In this document: positions 8,992 through 17,794 of the stretch, piece after piece
Layout of the letters: every line of letters begins with the position of its first letter
Numbering within the stretch: the first letter of the stretch is position 1
NCBI GenBank assembly: GCA_016841565.1
Contig: JAENYX010000010.1
Location: 13,998 to 77,997, forward strand
Direction of reading: 5' to 3'
From: Clostridium thermobutyricum
GTDB taxonomy: Bacteria; Bacillota; Clostridia; Ch29
Length of the DNA stretch: 64,000 bases
Notes under the pieces: model-generated
What the model saw: only the letters and a program-made list of their open reading frames with translations
What the model was told of the DNA's origin: nothing
Database searches by the model: none
Made by a program: the position numbers and the translations under genes

Positions 8992-11900
8992 TTAATACTT
9001 ACTGTATATTCTGTACAAAAACACGGCTGCTTCCGCCCTTGTGGTGTTGCCCAACGGATTGACATTATCGCCGCCGCCTACAATCAAACCTTCCTTAACA
9101 ACGGAGGCAACACTGTCTACGGCATAGGCTGCCACAAGAGATTTGTCTGCGAACTTCTCCAGGTCGGAAACAGATGCCTGTGCTTCAAGCCTGTTCAGCA
9201 TTCTTAAGGCTCTCTCGGTCAGTACCATCATGTCCTGCCTTGTAATGCTTGCATCAGGGCTGAATTTGTTGTTTCCTGTGCCGCTGGTGATACCCAGCTT
9301 TCTGGCTATAGCTATCTCTTTAAAGTAATATGCATCCTGGCTTATATCATCGAAGCTCCCGTCAATCCTTGCATCAACACCCAGGGTTCTTACCAGGAAG
9401 CAGAGAAAGTCCGCCCTGGTGATGTTTGTCTGAGGTGCGTATTCTGTTTCCGATATACCGATAAGAATTCCCTTGGATGCAAGGACTTCTATCTGCTTCT
9501 TTGCCCAGGCCGTGTTTCCAAGGTCGTCAAAGGCCTTTGTCACATAGACCACCGCAAAACGACTGAAGTGAGTGGTGGTGAAAGTGACCATACCTGTGGC
9601 AGGCTCATACCTTCCGCTAGGCACCGATACTGCATTGCCACTGCCATCGATGTACCAGATAACGATATGCTCCGGGTCAGCCAGTTCCGCAATGGTAGGT
9701 GTGTGGGGGATGGATACCGTAACCGGTGCGCCGGGATTGTTCCATGAGATGACATCTCCATCCAGCGTCAGGCTCAGGCTGATGAGCGGCCTTTCGCCGA
9801 TGACCGCCTTAATATCAGCGGGAAGATTCGATTTATCACCCTGACCGATGGTGATCTCCGCCGTCCTGCCCTCCGCTCCGGGAATGCCGGAAAGCATATC
9901 CACAGGGAGCATGAGACTGCCGGTATCGGTATTAAAGGTCAGCGTGCCCCCGCCCGAGGTGGAGAGATACGCCACCGGCATTCCGATGGTATAATTTTCT
10001 ACACCGGGAATGGTGGGCATCGTAACGGTTATTCCGTCCTGATCGAAGCTCTCTGTATCAATGAAGGCCGTTCCGGTATCCTTAAAAACCGCAACCGGAA
10101 TAGTTGTTTCATTACCTTTTTCTGCTTTTACGTCCGCTTTATATTCCGGCGTTGCCGGTGTTGACGGGGTTCTTCTTCTGCCACCGCTACCGCCGCCTCC
10201 GTCAGCCGTCCATTTCGCGTAGACGGTTATATTGGCGTTGACCGTTGCCGCAGAGGTAAACTTCGTACCCGAGCCGTTTGTTCCCGTGTACCAGCCACCG
10301 AAGGTATAACCGGTTCTTGTTGGATTGGACGGCCAGCTGCCGCTGCCGATACACTCACCCTCGTTAACGGTTCTCGTGGCATACACCGAGCCTCTGTCAT
10401 TGAAAGTTATGGTATAAGTGGTAACTGGTACCACACTCACTGTTATGGTAAAGTCCTGCGTATAATCCGAGCTTTGGGTCAGTCCATTTGTTATGGTGGC
10501 TCTCACGGTGACGGTGCCCGCCGCCGTGGTGGACAGCATATTGCCGGAGACTGTTGCACCCGTTGTTCCAGCGTTTTGAACGCTCCAGTCGATGGTTTTA
10601 TTTGTGGCGTTTGCAGGAGCGACTGTCCCGTTGAGCGTCAGATCAACGCCTGCGGTCGCTGCCGTCGGCACGCCGGTAATGTCAGTCACCGGCACGAAGG
10701 CGGGCGGTGCTGTGATTAGGTTGATTGTATATATTTTTGTTGTTGTCCCATCCTCTGCGGTCACCTTCACCGTGGCGCTGCCGGGCAGGGCGGATGCCTG
10801 GGTAATATCAACCTGGGCGGCAGGGCCGTTTGCCGTCGCGCCGACCAATGCCGCCGCGCTGCCCGGCACGGTACCGTAGGGAAGCTCCACATTATATGAA
10901 GTGATATCCGCATCAAAACCGCTTATTGTGCCGCCTCCCACCGTCAGGTCGCTCAGGTCGGCGTCATCGGATGGAATGTAGCTTTCCTCCACATGAACCG
11001 TCAAGGTGACGGGGCTACCGATATCGAAGCTTATATCAAATACAAGCGTATCGTTTACCGAAGGCATAAGGCCGGACAGGAAGCTATCCTTAATGGTCAG
11101 GGCGCTACCGGTTACCGTGTAGTCGGTGCCGGAGTTCAGACTGGCTGAGCTGTACACCACGTCTGTAACTATGCTGGCGCTGTTCCAGGTGATTGTAGTG
11201 CTCACATCGCCGGTCGCGCTGAGGTCATAATTGGCCGATGCGGGACTAATGACTGCGTCCACTATCGGCGCATTTTCGCTGATGTCGATCGTCAGCATTG
11301 CCGGGTTGCCTGAATTAAAACTGATACTCAACTCAAGGCTGCCCACAGCCTGGGCTTCCAGGTATTCCTTCTTGATGGTCAGAGTGGCTGTGTATCCGTC
11401 ATTATCGGTGACTGCATAATTGTCCTCGCCAATGGAAGCACCTCCCGCCGTGATGTCGGCAACTGAGCTTGCCTTATTCCATTTTATAGTGGTTGTCACA
11501 TCCTCAGGACCGTTCAGGTAAAAAAAACCTGTTTCAGGATGGATGCCCGCATTGGGATTCTGTACAGGATCATTGGTTTTAATACTAATGGTCAATGTTT
11601 CCGGGTCACCCGTGTTAAACTCAATAGTCAGTATAAGGCTGCCTTCCGGCTTCGTTTGCAGGTATTCCTTCTTGATGGTCAGAGCAGCTGTGGTTCCGTC
11701 GTCATTGGTTACTGTATAATCGTCACCGTATGTCAAAGGAACCGCGCCGGCTTTGACGGTCGACACGCTTTCTGCGCCGTGCCAGGTGATGGTTGTCAGC
11801 ACATCTCCCTCGGCACCTTCCATAAAACTGCCTATGTTAGGAGATATAACAACCGGACCGGAGTCCGATATATTTATTGTGAGGGTTCCGGTAACGCCGT

Positions 11901-13263
11901 TTTCGAAAACTACGGTTAGTTCCAGGCTTCCCAGCTCCTGCAGTAATAGATATTCTTTTTTTATCGTCAGTGTATTTCCGCTGTAGCTGAAATTTTCTGC
12001 TCCGATTGATGTTCCCCCGTTCCTGACATCTGTTACCTGCGCTGCTGAAGCCAGGGTTTTATCGGTAGTCACATCGGCCTGCTGGGAAGGGTTCTTATCA
12101 AAGTCAACAGTATTCGGACTAAATGGCGAAAGGGCAACAAAGCCGATACTGTGGTCATCGGCATAGGTCTGTGCATAAGAGCCTTCAAAGCCGTGAATCC
12201 TCAGGTTTTCATTATGTAAATCAAATGTATTATCGCCAATGGATGTGACGTTGTCGGAAATGATAATGTCGCTTATGTTGCTGCAGGAGTAAAAAGCCTC
12301 TTTATCAATACTGACAACGCTTTTAGGAATAATAAAACTGGATTCACCAAATACATTGGAAAGGTTGGAACAACCGATAAATGCACCAAACCCAATACTG
12401 GTTACTTGAGAATCCTCATAGGACCATGTTAAATTTGTCAAACTGCTGCAGCCATAGAATGTATTGGGTTCGATAGCCGTAACTCCATTTGGAATGCTTG
12501 TTGCAAACAGATTGCTGCAGTTATAAAATGCGGCATCACCGATACTGGTAACGCTTTCCGGAATATAATAGAACTGCAAGTTGCAGCGACTAAATGCATC
12601 GCTGCCGATTGTGGTAAGACTGCTTCCGGCATAAGATTCTATTACCCTGGTCAGACTGCTGCAGCCGAAAAATGTATTATCTTCAATAGTTGTAAGGCCG
12701 CTGGGAATACTTATCTTTTTCAAATCACTGCAACCGAAAAATGCGTTTTGGCCAATACTGGTAACACTATTCGGAATACTATAATCATCATCCGTTAGCA
12801 TAACAATGCTTTCAAGGGAAGCGCATTGGGAAAATGCAGAACTTCCAATGCTTTCAAGACCTGCTTGGTCATAATCATAATCGAATGTTACCTTGGTTAG
12901 GTTTTCGCAGTTGGCAAACGCACCCCCTCCAATACTAACAACGCTTTGGGGAATGGTTACTTCCGTCAGGTCGGTTTTCCAGTTAAGAAAAGTTTCATCA
13001 GCAATAGCCGTGACGGGATAACCGTCAAGAGTCTCCGGGATAAAGAGATGACCGTCAAAGTCCCCAGGCAAACTGGGATAGAAAAAACCGTCTATAGTAG
13101 CCTCATTATCCGTTATAGTATACTCAAAGAAGTCTTCCGGGTTTTCAAAGGCTTGGGCTGAACACGACGGTCCGCCAAAAGGCATAATCCCGACGGCTAT
13201 AGCAACCGCCATAATAATTAAAAAAGCAAAAACCCTTCTTTTTGCCCTCGCTTTTGTTATCAT
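8992..13263 (-). CDS. S-layer-anchored mosaic surface protein: BspA-type leucine-rich repeats, four X2-like Ig domains, cadherin-like beta-sandwich, Big_2, InlB B-repeat, SLH domains
   Basis: Signal peptide; repeated IP.SV.SIG..AF..C..L; four ...LTIKKEYL... repeats; ADLSDL...VTAEDG; PTRTGYTFGGWY; SLH motifs ITRADF, ITRQDM and TTRAEAA. Confidence 0.88.
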   Translation of the reverse strand: MITKARAKRRVFAFLIIMAVAIAVGIMPFGGPSCSAQAFENPEDFFEYTITDNEATIDGFFYPSLPGDFDGHLFIPETLDGYPVTAIADETFLNWKTDLTEVTIPQSVVSIGGGAFANCENLTKVTFDYDYDQAGLESIGSSAFSQCASLESIVMLTDDDYSIPNSVTSIGQNAFFGCSDLKKISIPSGLTTIEDNTFFGCSSLTRVIESYAGSSLTTIGSDAFSRCNLQFYYIPESVTSIGDAAFYNCSNLFATSIPNGVTAIEPNTFYGCSSLTNLTWSYEDSQVTSIGFGAFIGCSNLSNVFGESSFIIPKSVVSIDKEAFYSCSNISDIIISDNVTSIGDNTFDLHNENLRIHGFEGSYAQTYADDHSIGFVALSPFSPNTVDFDKNPSQQADVTTDKTLASAAQVTDVRNGGTSIGAENFSYSGNTLTIKKEYLLLQELGSLELTVVFENGVTGTLTINISDSGPVVISPNIGSFMEGAEGDVLTTITWHGAESVSTVKAGAVPLTYGDDYTVTNDDGTTAALTIKKEYLQTKPEGSLILTIEFNTGDPETLTISIKTNDPVQNPNAGIHPETGFFYLNGPEDVTTTIKWNKASSVADITAGGASIGEDNYAVTDNDGYTATLTIKKEYLEAQAVGSLELSISFNSGNPAMLTIDISENAPIVDAVISPASANYDLSATGDVSTTITWNSASIVTDVVYSSASLNSGTDYTVTGSALTIKDSFLSGLMPSVNDTLVFDISFDIGSPVTLTVHVEESYIPSDDADLSDLTVGGGTISGFDADITSYNVELPYGTVPGSAAALVGATANGPAAQVDITQASALPGSATVKVTAEDGTTTKIYTINLITAPPAFVPVTDITGVPTAATAGVDLTLNGTVAPANATNKTIDWSVQNAGTTGATVSGNMLSTTAAGTVTVRATITNGLTQSSDYTQDFTITVSVVPVTTYTITFNDRGSVYATRTVNEGECIGSGSWPSNPTRTGYTFGGWYTGTNGSGTKFTSAATVNANITVYAKWTADGGGGSGGRRRTPSTPATPEYKADVKAEKGNETTIPVAVFKDTGTAFIDTESFDQDGITVTMPTIPGVENYTIGMPVAYLSTSGGGTLTFNTDTGSLMLPVDMLSGIPGAEGRTAEITIGQGDKSNLPADIKAVIGERPLISLSLTLDGDVISWNNPGAPVTVSIPHTPTIAELADPEHIVIWYIDGSGNAVSVPSGRYEPATGMVTFTTTHFSRFAVVYVTKAFDDLGNTAWAKKQIEVLASKGILIGISETEYAPQTNITRADFLCFLVRTLGVDARIDGSFDDISQDAYYFKEIAIARKLGITSGTGNNKFSPDASITRQDMMVLTERALRMLNRLEAQASVSDLEKFADKSLVAAYAVDSVASVVKEGLIVGGGDNVNPLGNTTRAEAAVFLYRIYSKY

Positions 13264-13300
13264 TCTTAATTCCTCCTTCCAAATTCTACTTTAATATCAC

Positions 13301-13370
13301 CATCATACCGAATTCAGGCCATTTTTCGTATACACATGTCATAACCGGGCCGTTTTTTGTATAAATTGGG
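13301..13370 (-). promoter_or_regulatory. Paired LytTR (VirR-like) boxes plus -10 element, copy 1
   Basis: Minus strand CCCAATTTATAC (13359-13370) and CCCGGTTATGAC (13338-13349), 21-bp period; TATGAT at 13302-13307. Confidence 0.78.
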
Positions 13371-13440
13371 CCAGTTGGTTATTTAAAGGGAAAGAATGCT
13401 GGTACATTTCTACAAAATCCCGTGATTTAAACCGTGGAGT

Positions 13441-13487
13441 AAAAAATTCCCCGTAAGCAGTACTAAATCTTACTGCCACGGGAATTT
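13441..13487 (-). terminator. Terminator of the 1322-aa lipoprotein gene
   Basis: AAATTCCC.CGT..GCAGTA / TACTGC.ACGGGAATTT stem, then a T tract on the minus strand. Confidence 0.7.
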
Positions 13488-13525
13488 GTTTATAAATTTA
13501 GGTAATTTATAATTCCTTCTTTCTA

Positions 13526-16500
13526 TTACCAAGCATAAGCATGCATTCTCAATATGTAAGTTTTGGTAGTAATACAATCCTGGGCAGTTACTGTAATAGT
13601 AGCTTGGTATTCTCCATCATAATGCCTTGATTCTGTTGTCCCGCTGCTGCCGAATTCCTCGTACAGATATGTGCTATCATCACTGAGATGGATAATTTCG
13701 ATAATAATTGATGCATTATCGTCTTCTGCAGCAAGCGTAAAGGACAAGGAAGGATCCAGCTCCGGATCAATGTCTAAATAATAAGTTGTTCTTGCAGCAT
13801 CAAATTCCGGCGGCTCCATATTTCCGTAAACACAGCCGCTAACTGTAAGCTCACTTAAGTTGGCATTATCGGATAGTGGGGGAATTTCCGGTTCATTTGA
13901 ATTTTTTGTTGACGACCTCCTCGGAGAGTGAAGGGGCCTTGTGCTCACCCTTAAAATATCACTGTAGGGGGACAAAAACCCCAGGGAATCCACTGCTCTG
14001 ACTGTATAGTAGTATACCGTTCCCGGCTGCAGTCCTCTGTCTGTAAACCCTGTATAACCGGTAGTATCAATTAATTTCATTGCCTCCGGTGTAATACCTT
14101 TCTTCGAACCGTCATCTTCAATTCGGTATATCTGATACTCCTTGATACCGACTTGACTCTTGGACGCTGTCCAAGAAAATCTGATTTCTTCTTTAGTTCT
14201 ATTTTTGAGTTTTAAGTTTGTTGGTGCTGAAGGATAGTCTATTGCTTCATAAGCCCCCATATCGATGACGGGAGCTTCCCCCTCGCCGGTATCTTCCACC
14301 ATTTGTACATCCATCATTCTGTTGTTACCGTCCAAGTCGGTAAGGAAGGCAGGGGCCACGCTGTTGCTCCCGGCATCGATGCAGGGAGAGGAAGCGGCCA
14401 ACCGCAAGTTTAGGGGAGTGCCTGAATACACATCAAATTTCCCGCCCTCAATAAAAACCGGGGCTCTATCGATATTATCCGTGCCGGCACCTTGCCATCC
14501 ACCCTTGATACAGCTGTAGTTTACCTCAACAGCTGCTTCATTGGCGAATGATATCTGCCTGCTGCTCCCATCCTGCCAGATAATGCTGTTGTTGATAACC
14601 GCCTTGGCGTTTTCCCCGGCGAGTACAACTGCCGGGCCTGCGGGCTCTTCTAATGAGTAATTGCCGCTTAGGGTACAGTTGGTAATGGTAATTTCAGCTG
14701 AGCCTCCGACCTCGATGCTTCCGTGTTCCGACATCCAGGTAAAGTTGAGTGCAAAGACGGAGTTGTCGATGTTCAAAGGCACATCGCCTTGGACATAGAT
14801 TGCCGCGCCTTCCTCGAATGATTGGTTTAAGCTGAAAACGCAGTTGGATATTCTTCCGGATGCAGGTTCAATTCTAACCCCGGCAAATTCACTGCCCAGC
14901 TGGTCCAGCAACTCGCCTTCATGTCTGTTGTCGTATAAATACGCTACGGCTCCTCCCATTTGGGCGTAATTACCGGTAAAAGTACAGTTCTCAATTATTC
15001 CGTCGCCTCCCGCATTGAAGATCGCGCCGCCGGAACCGTCGGTATAGTTGTTGACGAAATCGCAATTCTTGATGATCGGCGAAGCGTTATAGACATTGAG
15101 AATAGCCCCGCCCAAGCCATTTGGCACAACATTCTCCGTAAAGGTACAGTTGAAAATACCGGGTGAGCTCAACGTATTGCACAGCGATGCAGCAAAAATA
15201 CCCATATTGCGTGTAAAAGTGCAGTTGGAAATGACGGGTGAGCTTTTAAACAGCGTCATACCACCGGCATAAAAGCCGCTAAAGAAGCCAAAGTCTTGTA
15301 ACCGGTCCCCGCCCCCGCCTGATATACAAAGACCATCCAACATGGTTGAATTTGAAATATCCACACCTGTAATTATCGTGTAACAATCATCTTCCCATTT
15401 CCATACATGTGTGTTATGCGTTAGACCAAAAACTCCATCCGCAATGCTTAGCCAATCTTCTCCCTTGTCCCTTAAGGCCTTGTAGACAACGTATTCCCTG
15501 GCAATACTGTAAACATCCTTTGTCGTTTTGGCATCCAGCTTACCAACAAAATCATTGGGTAACGATTGTAGCAATCGGTCCGGGTCCCAATGGCCTAATG
15601 CGTCCATAATAGCGGTGAACTCCCGCTGGTCCAAGCTGGTGTAACCGAGCACACCCTTTCCTTGTTTAAACAGACTCTTGAAAGTGTCGGCGTCGAGGCT
15701 GTCATCCAGAATAAACGCGTATGCATCGCCCACGGCATCCAAAATCCTAACCTCGTCAAAGACGCTCTCTTCCTTTACTTCCCCGCTATTATCGCCCTGC
15801 AGGTCCCCGCTTAAAATTGTTTTGTTTTTTTCCAAATCCCTGCTGTTTAAATTGAAGGTGTCGGCGTCTTCATTGCCTTCAAAGCCACCATAGATACTTA
15901 CACCGTTTTTAAGCATAAATGTCTTGTCCCTCGGGTTCTCCGGAATGTTTCCATGCATGTCCTTTGTGGGTTCGTATGTACCGGCGGCTATCCATATCCT
16001 GTCCCCTTGACTGGAAGCATCAATTGCATCCTGAAAGTTATTGAACGCATCTTCCCATGTGCTCCCGTTATTTTTACCCCGTGCACTACAGTCAACAAAA
16101 ATGGTTGATGTTACCTTTTCTGTGGGTCCACCGGACTCTTCTGCAGACCGATTAAATAAAAAGTCAATTTCAGCAAATACGGCTGTGTATGTGGTGTTGT
16201 CGGTTACCAGCGTTTCTTCCGGCCGCACCGGATTTCCCTTGGAGTCCTGCCACTCTTTAAAATAATAGCCCGGGTCGGGAGAAGCTTTAGGAATTAAAGA
16301 TTTTGACGGCATTTCTCCATAAGCGCATGACTGCTTCAAATTTCCTTTAATACTGCCGTTACTGCCTGCAACATAAGTTATTTTGGGAGCATCTTTGATC
16401 AACAGAGGAATAACAAGGGGCTCCGATGCAATATTCGTGTTGCTGTTTGTGCCCTCGTTGCTTTCCATCCATATATGCATGGAATAACTGCCTAAATCTG

Positions 16501-17494
16501 CTTTGGAAGAACCGATAGACGCTGTGTTTGAGTCGGCATCATAAGCCATAATACCGGTTTGATCAATGGTATAATCAATAGAGCTTTCACTCGCAGATTG
16601 TTCTAATGTACAGCGGATAAACTGGTTTTTTTGAGGAGCGTGTACATTGTGCAGAATAATCTTTTGGCCCTTGAATACTTCAAGGGCGCTCTCGTCCGCT
16701 TTAAATCTGCCCATGCGCTCCGAGTCAAAGACAGTCAGTTTAACAGTTTTTCCATTTAAACTGTACATTGTATCGGCATCAGTCAAATGGGGAGTGCTTG
16801 CAGGTATTTCCGAGCCCTTTTGCGTCTCAGATACAAAGGCTATCCTATCCGGGTCTATTACCATAGCCGGATAAACAGGTACCGGCTTGTCGATGGACAT
16901 GGTAATGAACCGGATGGTATCGTCATCACCACCCGGTGCGTCCGGGATGCATTTAATTCCATATACTGAATCCTCACTTAAATTTTCATAATTACCTTCA
17001 TGCCTGAGAAAATAGTCGGTAGGTCTCCGGTAGCGCTTGAAATACGCAGGATTCCCATTTAAAATGGGTGCCGGAGGAGCACCTATAATTGCTAACGTGT
17101 TTATTTCAATTCGGGAGGGTATAAAAATCCCTCCGTATTTGTCGGCATACAGAGCCTGCTTCTCAGAAGGTGAAAATATGGATTTTGCATACATATTCCT
17201 TAAATATAAATCAATAAATGAGCCTTTATAGTCATTGCTCGGCCCGTTATATATAAGAGGCAGTACCTGTCCATCTTTTTTTATTGGCTCCCGGGCCAAA
17301 AACATTAGATGTGACACTGAAAAGTCCCAGGCAATATCTTGGCCCCTGTCGTCGGTGCCATAATTGACTGTCATATAGACTCTGTTATCAGGGTCACCGT
17401 TACAGCCGGTAAGTATTACTGCCGACAAAATAATAAGAACAGATATAAATAGAAAAGCAAAAATTCTCCTTTTTGTCTTTGATTTTCTTATCAT
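13526..17494 (-). CDS. Large surface lipoprotein: InlB-like repeat, right-handed beta-helix with choice-of-anchor-Q-like end, fibronectin type III and cadherin-like beta-sandwich domains
   Basis: Lipobox LTGC; IFVD..A.G.NNGSTWEDAF..FQDAI; repeated P.I.NC.F..N; LRLAASSPCIDAG..DLDG..R..IDMGAYE; FN3 YYYTVRAVD; no SLH domain. Confidence 0.82.
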   Translation of the reverse strand: MIRKSKTKRRIFAFLFISVLIILSAVILTGCNGDPDNRVYMTVNYGTDDRGQDIAWDFSVSHLMFLAREPIKKDGQVLPLIYNGPSNDYKGSFIDLYLRNMYAKSIFSPSEKQALYADKYGGIFIPSRIEINTLAIIGAPPAPILNGNPAYFKRYRRPTDYFLRHEGNYENLSEDSVYGIKCIPDAPGGDDDTIRFITMSIDKPVPVYPAMVIDPDRIAFVSETQKGSEIPASTPHLTDADTMYSLNGKTVKLTVFDSERMGRFKADESALEVFKGQKIILHNVHAPQKNQFIRCTLEQSASESSIDYTIDQTGIMAYDADSNTASIGSSKADLGSYSMHIWMESNEGTNSNTNIASEPLVIPLLIKDAPKITYVAGSNGSIKGNLKQSCAYGEMPSKSLIPKASPDPGYYFKEWQDSKGNPVRPEETLVTDNTTYTAVFAEIDFLFNRSAEESGGPTEKVTSTIFVDCSARGKNNGSTWEDAFNNFQDAIDASSQGDRIWIAAGTYEPTKDMHGNIPENPRDKTFMLKNGVSIYGGFEGNEDADTFNLNSRDLEKNKTILSGDLQGDNSGEVKEESVFDEVRILDAVGDAYAFILDDSLDADTFKSLFKQGKGVLGYTSLDQREFTAIMDALGHWDPDRLLQSLPNDFVGKLDAKTTKDVYSIAREYVVYKALRDKGEDWLSIADGVFGLTHNTHVWKWEDDCYTIITGVDISNSTMLDGLCISGGGGDRLQDFGFFSGFYAGGMTLFKSSPVISNCTFTRNMGIFAASLCNTLSSPGIFNCTFTENVVPNGLGGAILNVYNASPIIKNCDFVNNYTDGSGGAIFNAGGDGIIENCTFTGNYAQMGGAVAYLYDNRHEGELLDQLGSEFAGVRIEPASGRISNCVFSLNQSFEEGAAIYVQGDVPLNIDNSVFALNFTWMSEHGSIEVGGSAEITITNCTLSGNYSLEEPAGPAVVLAGENAKAVINNSIIWQDGSSRQISFANEAAVEVNYSCIKGGWQGAGTDNIDRAPVFIEGGKFDVYSGTPLNLRLAASSPCIDAGSNSVAPAFLTDLDGNNRMMDVQMVEDTGEGEAPVIDMGAYEAIDYPSAPTNLKLKNRTKEEIRFSWTASKSQVGIKEYQIYRIEDDGSKKGITPEAMKLIDTTGYTGFTDRGLQPGTVYYYTVRAVDSLGFLSPYSDILRVSTRPLHSPRRSSTKNSNEPEIPPLSDNANLSELTVSGCVYGNMEPPEFDAARTTYYLDIDPELDPSLSFTLAAEDDNASIIIEIIHLSDDSTYLYEEFGSSGTTESRHYDGEYQATITVTAQDCITTKTYILRMHAYAW

Positions 17495-17524
17495 TCTTAA
17501 TTCCTCCTTATATCACTATATAAT

Positions 17525-17594
17525 CATCATACCGAATTCAGGCCGTTTTTCGTATACACATGTCATAACCGGGCCGTTTTTTGTCAAAACTGGG
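17525..17594 (-). promoter_or_regulatory. Paired LytTR (VirR-like) boxes plus -10 element, copy 2
   Basis: Minus strand CCCAGTTTTGAC (17583-17594) and CCCGGTTATGAC (17562-17573); TATGAT at 17526-17531. Confidence 0.78.
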
Positions 17595-17687
17595 TCATAT
17601 GGCTATTGAATGGAAGCTTTTGCCAAGGGTCAATTATCTCGGTTCCTTTGACACGTATCTGAAGCTAAAAAACAATTTTCCGGATGC

Positions 17688-17732
17688 AAAAAAGGCCAGG
17701 GGTTTCATCCTGTATGGCAAAATCTCCTGGCC
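17688..17732 (-). terminator. Probable terminator of the 775-aa SLH protein gene
   Basis: GGCCAGG...CCTGGCC inverted repeat followed by T6 on the minus strand; large loop. Confidence 0.6.
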
Positions 17733-17794
17733 GTTAACAATTACTTGATTACCCGCCTTAGTTTTACTGTTACAAAATTGTCCCTGCGTCTCTT

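Noticed and set aside
16750-17200. N-terminal region of the lipoprotein loosely resembles DUF6273/C-type-lectin-like domains targeted by diversity-generating retroelements
   Set aside because: No reverse transcriptase, template repeat or adenine-variant duplicate in the window; the resemblance is weak.
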